Assembly (NCBI GenBank): GCA_039925225.1
Contig: JBDSZH010000169.1
Coordinates: forward strand, 1 to 44,419
Reading direction: 5' to 3'
Length of the DNA stretch: 44,419 nt
DNA from: Candidatus Limnocylindrales bacterium
Lineage (GTDB): Bacteria; Chloroflexota; Limnocylindria; Limnocylindrales; CSP1-4
Numbering within the stretch: position 1 is the stretch's first letter; each line of letters opens with the position of its first letter. Made by a program: the position numbers and the translations under genes. Shown piece after piece: positions 16,933 to 24,609 of this stretch. The notes under the pieces are model-generated. The model was not told the origin of the DNA. It saw only the letters and a program-made list of their open reading frames with translations, and did no database searches.

Positions 16933-16961
16933 TTGACAAAGTGAAAGAGAGCATGCGAGAG
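16933..16961 (+). promoter_or_regulatory. Candidate promoter of the DUF2089 operon
   Basis: Perfect -35 TTGACA at 16933-16938 in the least GC-rich stretch I saw by eye. The -10 is weak (gAgagT, about 18 nt downstream). RBS AGGAAGGAA at 16973-16981 precedes ATG 16992. Confidence 0.3.
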
Positions 16962-16991
16962 TAGCGGCACGCAAGGAAGGAACCGAACCGT

Positions 16992-17444
16992 ATGCCGCAT
17001 GACGTCATCTCCACCTGTCCCGTTTGCTCGAGCGAGCTGGCGGTTACGCGCCTGCATTGCCGCGCGTGCGGGACGACCCTCGAGGGCGAGTTCAGCGTCG
17101 GCCGGTTTGGGCGGCTCACACGGGAACAGCTGCTCGTGCTGGAGAGCTTCCTTCGCTCCCGCGGAAACCTGCGCGACATGGAGCGCGAGCTCAGCATCTC
17201 CTATCCCACCGTCCGCTCCCGAGTGGAGGCGCTCGTGCGCGCGCTCGGCTTCGGGCCCCGTGCCGACAGCGATGAGGCCGCGGCCGACGAGGCCGCCGCG
17301 GCCGCCGCGACCGACGCGGCGACTACCAACGCGACGGATGCAGCCGCGACTCGTCAATCCATCCTCGAGCGCCTTGGGCGCCACGAGATGACCGCCGACG
17401 AGGCCGCTGTCGCCATTCGATCCATCGGAAGGACTGACCGATGA
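16992..17444 (+). CDS. DUF2089-family protein (N-terminal zinc ribbon plus HTH)
   Basis: CPVC...CRAC zinc ribbon followed by LLVLESFLRSRGNLRDMERELSISYPTVRSRVEAL, the DUF2089 pattern. Ala/Asp/Thr-rich linker. The C-terminal helix is ILERLGRHEMTADEAAVAIRSI. Confidence 0.8.
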   Translation: MPHDVISTCPVCSSELAVTRLHCRACGTTLEGEFSVGRFGRLTREQLLVLESFLRSRGNLRDMERELSISYPTVRSRVEALVRALGFGPRADSDEAAADEAAAAAATDAATTNATDAAATRQSILERLGRHEMTADEAAVAIRSIGRTDR

Positions 17445-18448
17445 CCCAGACTAACCAGCACGTCGCGAGCGTGGAGCACGTGATCGGTCCGCGCGGCCGG
17501 TTCATCCTGCGCCAGGCGTCCGGCGAAGTCACGATCAAGGGCGTCGAAGGCGAGACCGTCCGCGTCCGCTCCACCGATGGCGACCGGTCCCTGAGCGAGC
17601 TCTTCCACGTCGAGACGGGCGACGGGTTCGTGGACCTGCGCCAGAACGAGCGAGGGGGACTGGGGATCACGATCTTCAGCCGCGGCAACTCGCCGGAGAT
17701 CGAGGTCGAGGTGCCACACGGCGCGACGGTCTCGGTGGAGACCGCGAGCGCCGAGGTGGAAGCCTCGGACCTCAGCGGGACCAAGCGCTTCCGGACCGCA
17801 TCCGGCGAGCTCACGCTGCGCCGTTTCGCCGGAACGCTGGATGCCGAGACGGTGTCGGGTGATGTCGACATCGATGGCCAGGCGCCGCTCGACCTCTCGA
17901 CGAAGTCGATCTCGGGCGATATCAAGGTGCGCGTCCCGCGCATCCGCCGCCTGGACATGGGCACGACATCCGGCGACATCTGGCTCGATGCCGAGTTGAC
18001 GGGCGACGGGCCGTTCGCCGTCCGCTCGATCAGCGGCGACGTCACGATCGTTGGCCGCTCCGGCTTCCGGGTCGAGGCAGAGACGATCACCGGCGAGCTA
18101 TCGAGCGAGCTCGCGCACAAGCGCGAATCGATGCCCGGCCGCAGGGTCCTCACCGTCGGCCGGCCCGGGCCTACGCTCGCTTTCCGCTCTGTCTCGGGCG
18201 ACCTTCAGATCGTCCAGCCGCGCGATGCGGCGCCCGAGGCGATGAGCCCGACCGAGGCGATGAGCCCGCCCGATGCGCCGAGCCCGCCCGATGCGCCGAT
18301 CCCGCCCGCGCCGCTCCAGGCGCCCGATGCGCCCACTCCCGACGCGGACGCAACCCGTCTCGAGATCCTGCGCGAGCTGGAGCGCGGCGACATCACCGTG
18401 GCCGAAGCAACGGATCGCCTCGGCAGGCTGGACGAGGTGCTCAGATGA
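17441..18448 (+). CDS. DUF4097-family (putative beta-helix 'adhesin'-like) protein with a C-terminal LiaX/SHOCT-like helix
   Basis: Repeated xSG(D/E)(V/I/L) beta-strand motifs (ASGEVTI, VSGDVDI, ISGDIKV, TSGDIWL, ISGDVTI, ITGELSS). ATGA overlap with the upstream gene. Pro-rich hexapeptide repeats, then LEILRELERGDITVAEATDRLGRL. Confidence 0.8.
   Translation: MTQTNQHVASVEHVIGPRGRFILRQASGEVTIKGVEGETVRVRSTDGDRSLSELFHVETGDGFVDLRQNERGGLGITIFSRGNSPEIEVEVPHGATVSVETASAEVEASDLSGTKRFRTASGELTLRRFAGTLDAETVSGDVDIDGQAPLDLSTKSISGDIKVRVPRIRRLDMGTTSGDIWLDAELTGDGPFAVRSISGDVTIVGRSGFRVEAETITGELSSELAHKRESMPGRRVLTVGRPGPTLAFRSVSGDLQIVQPRDAAPEAMSPTEAMSPPDAPSPPDAPIPPAPLQAPDAPTPDADATRLEILRELERGDITVAEATDRLGRLDEVLR
18236..18307 (+). 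repeat. In-frame 18-bp tandem repeats (4 units) inside the DUF4097 gene
   Basis: gaggcgatgagcccg(a/c)cc x2, then gatgcgccga(g/t)cccgccc x2, encoding EAMSPT-EAMSPP-DAPSPP-DAPIPP. Confidence 0.9.
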
Positions 18449-18855
18449 CCGACCCGCTCGACCGCGTCCTACAGCTCGTCGCCGAGGGCAAGCTCACCGC
18501 CGACGACGCGGCTCCGATCCTTGACGCGCTCGACCGGAAGGGGCAGCAGCCCCCCGGGCCCGGGTTCATGAACGTGGGACCTTCAGCCCAGCCCGGTCCC
18601 ACGACCGAGCCCGGCCCCGGGAACGGGGATGGTCGCGCCGCCCGCTACGCCCGGATCGAGGTCAGCGAGAACGGGCGTCGCGTGGTGAACCTGCGCATCC
18701 CGATCTCGCTCGGCCGGTTCGCCCTCAACCGCGTGCCCGGCCTGTCGAAGGAGCAGATCGCGGAGGTCGAGAGCGCCGTGTCGTCTGGCGCCCACGGCCC
18801 GATCCTCGACGTCCAGGATTCCGATGGAGACGGCGTGCGGATCATCCTCGAATAA
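18445..18855 (+). CDS. Hypothetical protein with an N-terminal YvlB/LiaX-like (SHOCT-like) helix
   Basis: ATGA overlap with the upstream gene. N-terminus VLQLVAEGKLTADDAAPILDAL. Pro/Gly-rich linker. C-terminal RIEVSENGRRVVNLRIPISLGRFAL. Confidence 0.6.
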   Translation: MTDPLDRVLQLVAEGKLTADDAAPILDALDRKGQQPPGPGFMNVGPSAQPGPTTEPGPGNGDGRAARYARIEVSENGRRVVNLRIPISLGRFALNRVPGLSKEQIAEVESAVSSGAHGPILDVQDSDGDGVRIILE

Positions 18856-18909
18856 CACCCGAGGTCCCGACGCGCTGCCTCCAACGCGCGTCGCGCCCCG
18901 GAACCACGA

Positions 18910-18943
18910 GACCCGCGCTCGGAAGGGCGCGGGTCCTGGTTTT
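18910..18943 (+). terminator. Intrinsic terminator of the DUF2089 operon
   Basis: GACCCGCGC (18910-18918), 8-nt loop, GCGCGGGTC (18927-18935), then ctggtttt. Confidence 0.7.
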
Positions 18944-19002
18944 AGGCGGTACGATCCGTGCCCGTTCGACCCGATCCGTCGGATTTCCGAGGTGCCCGCG
19001 AC

Positions 19003-19569
19003 ATGACCGCGCTGCTCCCGTTCACCGGCAACGATGACGCCGATTCGCTCCTGTCAGAGGATCCGCTTGCGCTGCTGATCGGCTTCGCGCTAGACCAGCA
19101 GGTGACCGTCCAGAAGGCATTCGCCGGTCCGTGGGACCTGCGCAATCGGCTCGGCCACCTCGACGCTCGCCGGATCGCCGCGACTGATCCGGCCGAGCTC
19201 GATCGCGTATTCCGCGAGCGACCCGCGCTGCATCGGTTCCCGGGCTCCATGGCCGGCAAGGTGGCGGCGCTGTGCGCCACGATCGCCGAGCGCTACGAGG
19301 GCGACGCGTCCAGGATCTGGCGCGAGGCGAAGGACGGGCAGGACCTCCAGGCGCGGCTGCTGGATCTGCCAGGGATCGGCGAGATGAAGGCACGGTCGAT
19401 CCTTGCGATTCTCGGCAAACGGCTCGGCGTGGTCCTGCCGGGCATGGCGGACGTGATGCCGCGCCACCCGACGTTGGGCGACGTGGATTCGGCGGAGGCG
19501 CTCGCGTCCTACCAGGCCGGCAAGCGCGCGCACAAGGCGGAGCTCCGCGCACAGGGCAAACGCGTCTAG
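19003..19569 (+). CDS. HhH-GPD-type base-excision repair family protein
   Basis: Helix-hairpin-helix LLDLPGIGEMKARSILAIL and LALLIGFALDQQVTVQKAF, as in the HhH-GPD superfamily. Start set at ATG 19003 (MTALLPFTG). Confidence 0.7.
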   Translation: MTALLPFTGNDDADSLLSEDPLALLIGFALDQQVTVQKAFAGPWDLRNRLGHLDARRIAATDPAELDRVFRERPALHRFPGSMAGKVAALCATIAERYEGDASRIWREAKDGQDLQARLLDLPGIGEMKARSILAILGKRLGVVLPGMADVMPRHPTLGDVDSAEALASYQAGKRAHKAELRAQGKRV

Positions 19570-19696
19570 CTCTAGCTCCGCGGGCGTGGTGCGGCGCTTC
19601 GGGGCCTCGTGCGGCGCTTCGGCGCCCGTCCGGCTCCGCGGCGCCCGTCCGGCCCTGGCGGCGGCCACCCATCACCTTCCGTTTCGCCGGAATCTC

Positions 19697-19713
19697 ATGC
19701 CAATCGCTGCATA
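19697..19713 (-). repeat. Inverted copy of the 17-bp core motif TATGCACCGATTGGCAT
   Basis: atgccaatcgctgcata has reverse complement TATGCAGCGATTGGCAT, a 16/17 match to the cores at 19805-19821 and 19889-19905. Confidence 0.8.
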
Positions 19714-19781
19714 ACTCAAATGGCGGGGCACCCGATGACGAGTTGCTTGTACCAGATCGTGCCGGGTCAGCGCGGCCATGT

Positions 19782-19968
19782 CACGCCGACGCCACCGCTT
19801 CATTTATGCACCGATTGGCATAGATATCGCACGGCGTGAGATCGCGTCGTCGGCGGCCACGCCGACGCCACCGCTTCACCCTTTCACATATGCACCGATT
19901 GGCATAGATATCGCACGGCGTGAGATCGCGTCGTCGGCGTCGTCGGCGGCCACTTCGACGCCACCGCT
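19782..19968 (+). repeat. Tandem direct repeat, units of 76 and 93 bp plus an 18-bp partial third
   Basis: Copy 1 is 19782-19857 and copy 2 is 19858-19950 (with small internal insertions). Each holds cacgccgacgccaccgcttca, TATGCACCGATTGGCATA, GATATCGCACGGCGTGAGATC and gcgtcgtcggcggc. The partial copy is 19951-19968. Confidence 0.9.
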
Positions 19969-20004
19969 GTGGGCGGCCCTTGCCCCACATCTCACGTTGT
20001 GGGA

Positions 20005-20028
20005 TGATCGTTGCACAGTCAACGATCA
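20005..20028. promoter_or_regulatory. Perfect 9-bp inverted repeat (operator-like) just upstream of the nitroreductase RBS
   Basis: TGATCGTTG-cacagt-CAACGATCA. Preceded by CCCACA-N8-TGTGGG (19984-20003). RBS GAGGAA at 20035-20040, ATG at 20053. Confidence 0.5.
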
Positions 20029-20052
20029 CTCCCTGAGGAACCACCCCCGACC

Positions 20053-20457
20053 ATGACGACCGCGATCACTCCTGAGCTCGAGCCGGCGATTCGCAGCGCC
20101 CTGAAGCACGGCCACACGATCGACATCACGACCATCGGGCGCCGATCCGGCGAGCCGCGGAAGATCGAGATGACGTTCCACAGCTTCGATGGCCACCTGT
20201 ACATCAGCGGCATGCCCAACCCGGACAAGACCCGTGCCTGGCTCGAGAACATGCGCGTGACGCCAGCGTTCACGTTCCACCTCAAGCAGCTCGTCCAGGC
20301 GGACTTGCCCGCCACGGCGCGCGAGATCACCGAGGATCCAGAGCGCCGCGAGGTCATGACCAAGGTGGCGGAGGTCTGGGGTCGAGACGTCGAGCCGATG
20401 ATGACCCAAAGCCCGCTCGTCGAGGTCACCGTCGAGGGGTTTGCCCCCTTCGATTGA
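20053..20457 (+). CDS. Deazaflavin (F420)-dependent nitroreductase/quinone reductase family protein (Ddn-like)
   Basis: ITTIGRRSGEPRKIEMTFHSFDGHLYISG matches the TTxGRKSGxxR...DG...S pattern of the F420H2-dependent quinone reductase family. About 134 aa. Confidence 0.7.
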   Translation: MTTAITPELEPAIRSALKHGHTIDITTIGRRSGEPRKIEMTFHSFDGHLYISGMPNPDKTRAWLENMRVTPAFTFHLKQLVQADLPATAREITEDPERREVMTKVAEVWGRDVEPMMTQSPLVEVTVEGFAPFD

Positions 20458-20589
20458 CGCGTGCCCTCGCGGCGCCGATGATGGCGTCATGCACATCTGT
20501 TCGGCACAAACGTGCGCGGGGAACACAGGGGTAGCCGCAGGGAATGCCAGTGCAACCGCGGGGACGGCAGGGCTAGCACCGCGGCGACG

Positions 20590-21531
20590 GTGGTGGGCGT
20601 GAGCCAGCTCGCGACGCTGGTTCGGGTGAGCCGCCTGTACTACGAACTCGGCGAGACCCAGGAGGCGATCGCGGCGCTGGTCGGCGTGACGCGGCCGCAG
20701 GTCTCACGGCTGCTCAAGGAGGCTCGGGCACAGGGCGTCGTCGAGATCCGGATCGTTGATCGCGGAGCCGCCGAATCGCCGGTTGCGGAATCCATCCGCG
20801 AACGATTCGGGCTGCGTGCGGTCCACCTCGCGCCCACCCTCGACGGACCTCCCGAGCTAACCCGGCGTCGCGTCGGTCGGCTTGCCGGTGAGGTGCTCCG
20901 AAGCGCGATTCGCGATGGCCTCGTGGTTGGGATCGGTGATGGGGCCGCGGTGTCGGCGGTTGCCGACGAGCTGGAACCGGGCGGCTTCCAGGTCGATGCC
21001 ACGATCGTCCCCCTGTGTGGCGGCTTCTGGCGTGCGGGCGCCGGTATCGAGCCATTCCGGCGGATTGCGGAGACGCTCGGTGCGAGCGTCCAGGCACTGC
21101 ATGCCCCGGGCCTGCTCGACGACCAGGCGGTGCGCGACGCGCTGTGCGCGCACGCGGGCGTGCGCAACGTCATCGAGCTGTGGGATCGGCTCGACGTGGC
21201 ACTGTTCGGCATCGGCGGGCCGTCGTGGAGCGAGGCCGCGGTCGGTCGCGAGGCGATGACCGAGATCCGCGCCGGTGCCGCGGTTGGCGAGGTGTTGATC
21301 TCGCCATTCGACATCGATGGCCGGCTGGTCGCCGATTCGCTGCGCACTCGAACCGTGGCGTTCGATGTTCGCGCCCTGCCCGGCGTCTCGCTGACGATCG
21401 GCGTTGCCAATGGCGCGGGCAAGGTCGCGCCAATCCTCGGTGCTCTCCGGGGCGGCTTCCTGAACGTGCTGGTGACCGACGTCCGCACCGCAGAGGGCGT
21501 GCTGGATCTCGCCTCCGAGGCAGCGGCATGA
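20590..21531 (+). CDS. SorC/DeoR-type sugar-binding transcriptional regulator
   Basis: N-terminal HTH LVRVSRLYYELGETQEAIAALVGVTRPQVSRLLKEAR followed by a sugar-phosphate-binding domain (GIGDGAAV...LCGG). Start uncertain: GTG at 20590, 20593 or 20599, or the listed 20512. Confidence 0.8.
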   Translation: MVGVSQLATLVRVSRLYYELGETQEAIAALVGVTRPQVSRLLKEARAQGVVEIRIVDRGAAESPVAESIRERFGLRAVHLAPTLDGPPELTRRRVGRLAGEVLRSAIRDGLVVGIGDGAAVSAVADELEPGGFQVDATIVPLCGGFWRAGAGIEPFRRIAETLGASVQALHAPGLLDDQAVRDALCAHAGVRNVIELWDRLDVALFGIGGPSWSEAAVGREAMTEIRAGAAVGEVLISPFDIDGRLVADSLRTRTVAFDVRALPGVSLTIGVANGAGKVAPILGALRGGFLNVLVTDVRTAEGVLDLASEAAA

Positions 21532-22979
21532 CGCTGGCGGCATTCCTCGGGATCGATCTCGGGACGACCCGAACGAAGGTCGGCCTGGTGTCCGCGACCG
21601 GTGAGGCGCTGGGCTTCGGGCGCACGGAGCACTCGACGGACGTCGACCCGGCAGCTGGGCGCGCGGAGCAGGATCCCGAGGCCTGGTGGGCCGGGCTCGG
21701 AGCGGCGGTACGCGACGCCATGGCCGTGGCGAGCAGCGGCGCCGACGGACTGCGCCCGGCTGGAATCTGCATCACCGGTCACGGGCCGTCGCTCACCGCC
21801 GTGGACGACGCGGGCCTGGCGGTCCGCCCCGCCATGACGTGGCTGGACACTCGATCCATTACGGAGCGCGAAGAGCTGGAGGCCGCGACGGGCCTGCGAG
21901 GCTGGGCCCTGGGCGTGCTGCCTGCCGCGTGCTGGCTGGAGCGCAACGAGCCCGAGGCGGCGGCTCGCTCCCGCTGGTACCTGAATTCCTGGGAGGCGCT
22001 CGCACTGCGCCTCACTGGGGTCGCCGCGACGACCGTCGTGCCCGGCGGCGCGGAAATCTCGCGGGATGCGCTCGCCGGCACCGGACTCTCGCTGGACCGC
22101 GTCGCGCCAGAAGCGAGCGCCGGCACGACCCTGGGCGGACTCACGCCCGAAGCCGCACGCCACATCGGCCTGCCGTCCGGGACCCCGGTCGTCGCGGGTC
22201 TTGTGGACGCGTTCGCGAGTTTCCATGGCACGCGGATGCTGGTTGCAGGCGACGCGATAGATGTCGGTGGCGCGGCCGGAGGCTTCGGGGTCTACGCCGA
22301 ACGGCCGATCCAGGTCGCAGGTGGCTTCACCACCCCGGCGCCCTTGCCTGGCCTGTACTCCGTTGGCGGCGCGATGGCCGCGACTGGCGCGGCGCTGGAC
22401 TGGTTCGGGGGCGAGATTCTGCACAACACCACGCCGCTCGCGGAGCTCATCGCGGAGGCGGGACGCGTGGAGCCTGGCGCAGAGGGCGTCGTCTTCCTGC
22501 CGTATCTCGCCGGCGAGCGCTCGCCGCTCTGGGATCCCACGGCGCGCGGGGCCTTTGCGGGCCTGACGCTTCGCCACACGCGAGCCCATCTCGTCCGAGC
22601 CATCCTCGAGGCTGCCGCGCTTGCGATCCGGCACGTCGCCGAGCCGATGCTCGCGGCCGGAATCGAGGTCACCGCGATGCGCGCCTGCGGCGGACCGGCG
22701 CGGGACGACGGCTGGAACCAGATCAAGGCGGACGTGACGGGCTTCACCGTCGAGGTACCCCGGCAGCGCGAGACCGCGGCCGTTGGTGCCGCGATCGTTG
22801 CCGCAGTCGGTGTGGGGGCGCACCCGGACCTGCCCACCGCGATTGGCGCGATGACCGCGATCGACCGTCGATTCGAGCCGGATCCGGAGCAACGAGCGAC
22901 GTACGACCGACTGTTTGATGCGTACGTGGCGCTCCATCCCGCGGTCAGCCCGGTCGTCCGCAGCCTGGAGGCGGCGTGA
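21528..22979 (+). CDS. FGGY-family carbohydrate kinase
   Basis: LGIDLGTTRTKVGL N-terminal ATPase motif, EQDPEAWW, and C-terminal VFLPYLAGERSPLWDP and GGPARDDGWNQIKADV. ATGA overlap with sorC. The listed ORF start at 21015 is upstream junk. Confidence 0.88.
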   Translation: MTLAAFLGIDLGTTRTKVGLVSATGEALGFGRTEHSTDVDPAAGRAEQDPEAWWAGLGAAVRDAMAVASSGADGLRPAGICITGHGPSLTAVDDAGLAVRPAMTWLDTRSITEREELEAATGLRGWALGVLPAACWLERNEPEAAARSRWYLNSWEALALRLTGVAATTVVPGGAEISRDALAGTGLSLDRVAPEASAGTTLGGLTPEAARHIGLPSGTPVVAGLVDAFASFHGTRMLVAGDAIDVGGAAGGFGVYAERPIQVAGGFTTPAPLPGLYSVGGAMAATGAALDWFGGEILHNTTPLAELIAEAGRVEPGAEGVVFLPYLAGERSPLWDPTARGAFAGLTLRHTRAHLVRAILEAAALAIRHVAEPMLAAGIEVTAMRACGGPARDDGWNQIKADVTGFTVEVPRQRETAAVGAAIVAAVGVGAHPDLPTAIGAMTAIDRRFEPDPEQRATYDRLFDAYVALHPAVSPVVRSLEAA

Positions 22980-23785
22980 CGGGGCCGACGGCGACACCGC
23001 GAACGGCGGCACCAGTAGCCGCCGGGCGGATCGACCTTCGCGACATCGCCGTGACGTTCCCGACGGGCAGGGGAGAACGCCTCACCGCGCTCGATGGCAT
23101 CGACCTGACGATCGAACCGGGGCAGGTCGTCGCGCTCATAGGTCCGAACGGCAGCGGCAAGTCGACGCTCCTCCGCGTCGTCGCCGGGCTCCTTGTTCCG
23201 GATCGCGGCGAGGTCGCAATCGATGGCACGAAGATCGATGGCCCAGACCGGCGCGTCGGGCTCGTGTTCCAGGAGCCGCGTTTGCTCGTGTGGCGCACCA
23301 CAGCCTCGAACATCGAATACCCGCTGGAGCTCGCGGGTGTGGAGGGAGCGGTGCGTCGCGCTCGCGTGGCGGCACTCCTGGCCATCGTGGGCCTTGAGGC
23401 GGCCGCGTCCCAGATCCCGTCGCAGCTCTCTGGCGGGATGCGCCAGCGCGCCGCGCTTGCGCGCACCCTCGCCCTCGAACCGCAGGTCCTCCTGCTCGAT
23501 GAGCCGTTCAGCGCCCTCGACGAGCTCACCCGGGAGCGACTGAACCTCGAGCTCCTTGAGATCACGGCGCGCACGCCGACGACGATCCTGCTCGTCACCC
23601 ACTCGGTGCAGGAGGCGATCTTCCTGGCCGATCGCGTGGTTGTCCTGTCGGCGCGACCGGGCCGCGTGGTCGCAGACATCGCCGTGAACCTCGCACGCCC
23701 GCGGACGCTCGGCGACCTCGACGCGTCAGTCGTCGGCGCGACCGCCCAGACGGTCCGCGCCCACCTTGGCGAGGCAGCGGCATGA
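22976..23785 (+). CDS. ABC transporter ATP-binding protein (NitT/TauT family type)
   Basis: Walker A GPNGSGKST, signature LSGGMRQRAALAR, Walker B LLLDEPFSALD. GTGA overlap with the kinase gene. Confidence 0.9.
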   Translation: MTGPTATPRTAAPVAAGRIDLRDIAVTFPTGRGERLTALDGIDLTIEPGQVVALIGPNGSGKSTLLRVVAGLLVPDRGEVAIDGTKIDGPDRRVGLVFQEPRLLVWRTTASNIEYPLELAGVEGAVRRARVAALLAIVGLEAAASQIPSQLSGGMRQRAALARTLALEPQVLLLDEPFSALDELTRERLNLELLEITARTPTTILLVTHSVQEAIFLADRVVVLSARPGRVVADIAVNLARPRTLGDLDASVVGATAQTVRAHLGEAAA

Positions 23786-23804
23786 CCGCCCTCGAGGCAG
23801 CGGC

Positions 23805-24587
23805 ATGACCGCCGTACCAGCTCGCCGGCCCTGGTCGGGTCGAATCCCCGGTGCCGCAGCAGCGGTGATTGCGCTCGCCGCGTTCGTTCTCGCCTGGAAG
23901 GCGCTGGTCGTCGTGACCGGCTACCCGCCATTCATCATGCCGCCGCCGGAACAGGTCGCGGCGCGCTTTGTCTCGGCCTGGGCGGACGGCACGATCGCGC
24001 CGCACGCGCTTCGCACCCTGTACGAGGTGCTCCTCGGCTTCGGCGTCGGGGCGGGGCTCGCGCTCGTCGCCGGCTACGCTCTCGCTCGACTGCCGCTCGC
24101 GGAGCGGCTCCTGTCGCCCTATCTCGTGGCCGCCCAGGCCACCCCGATTCTCGCCCTCTCGCCGTTGCTCGCCCTGTGGTTCGGGCCTGGCCTGACGGCC
24201 AAGATCGTGATCTGTGCGCTGATCGTGTTCTTTCCAGTCGCGATCGCGACGATGGTGGGCGTCCGGGCGGTCGACGCCCGTCTCCTTGAGCTGGCACGCA
24301 GCCTGCGCGCGACGCGCTGGCAGATCGTCACCACGCTGGAGATCCCGGCGGCCCTGCCGGCTATCTTCGGCGGCCTCCGCGTGGGCGTCACGCTCGCCGT
24401 CGTCGGCGCGATCGTGGGCGAGTGGTCCGGCGCCGATCGCGGCCTCGGGCTCCTCGTGAACCTCGCCCGCGGCAGCCTGTTCGACATCCCGCTGCTCTTC
24501 GCCACCCTGTTGACGGTCGCCCTTCTGGGGATCGTCCTGTACGCCATCGTCGTGCTCGTCGAGCGAACGCTCGTCGGCGCCCGCTAG
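23805..24587 (+). CDS. ABC transporter permease (NitT/TauT family type)
   Basis: Six hydrophobic segments and an EAA-like loop (LELARSLRATRWQIVTTLEIPAALP). Start at the ATG preceded by GAGG (23794-23797). Confidence 0.85.
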   Translation: MTAVPARRPWSGRIPGAAAAVIALAAFVLAWKALVVVTGYPPFIMPPPEQVAARFVSAWADGTIAPHALRTLYEVLLGFGVGAGLALVAGYALARLPLAERLLSPYLVAAQATPILALSPLLALWFGPGLTAKIVICALIVFFPVAIATMVGVRAVDARLLELARSLRATRWQIVTTLEIPAALPAIFGGLRVGVTLAVVGAIVGEWSGADRGLGLLVNLARGSLFDIPLLFATLLTVALLGIVLYAIVVLVERTLVGAR

Positions 24588-24609
24588 CCCCACCACCATG
24601 GAGAGATCG

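Noticed and set aside
19778-20056. 92-aa ORF with a duplicated YAPIGIDIARREIASSA peptide.
   Set aside because: It is generated by the 76/93-bp DNA duplication. The motif segments are AT-richer and lack the GC3 bias of real genes. It runs into the nitroreductase start region.
20540-20552. GGGAATGCCAGTG resembling the TPP-riboswitch GGAUAAUGCCAGCG segment, upstream of an operon with a THI5-like binding protein.
   Set aside because: No CUGAGA element or matching P1-P3 helices could be found, and the segment may lie inside or at the start of the SorC coding region.
20640-23012. 790-aa minus-strand ORF. Similar long ORFs are 23595-24749(-), 25200-26480(-), 26696-28303(+), 28247-29239(-), 29251-30093(-), 36477-37682(-), 37794-38663(-), 4839-6494(+) and 6103-7374(+).
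   Set aside because: All lie antisense or out of frame to genes with clear conserved motifs. Their translations are Arg/Pro/Gly/Ser/Ala-rich with few Lys/Ile/Phe/Tyr, the usual open shadow frames of high-GC DNA.
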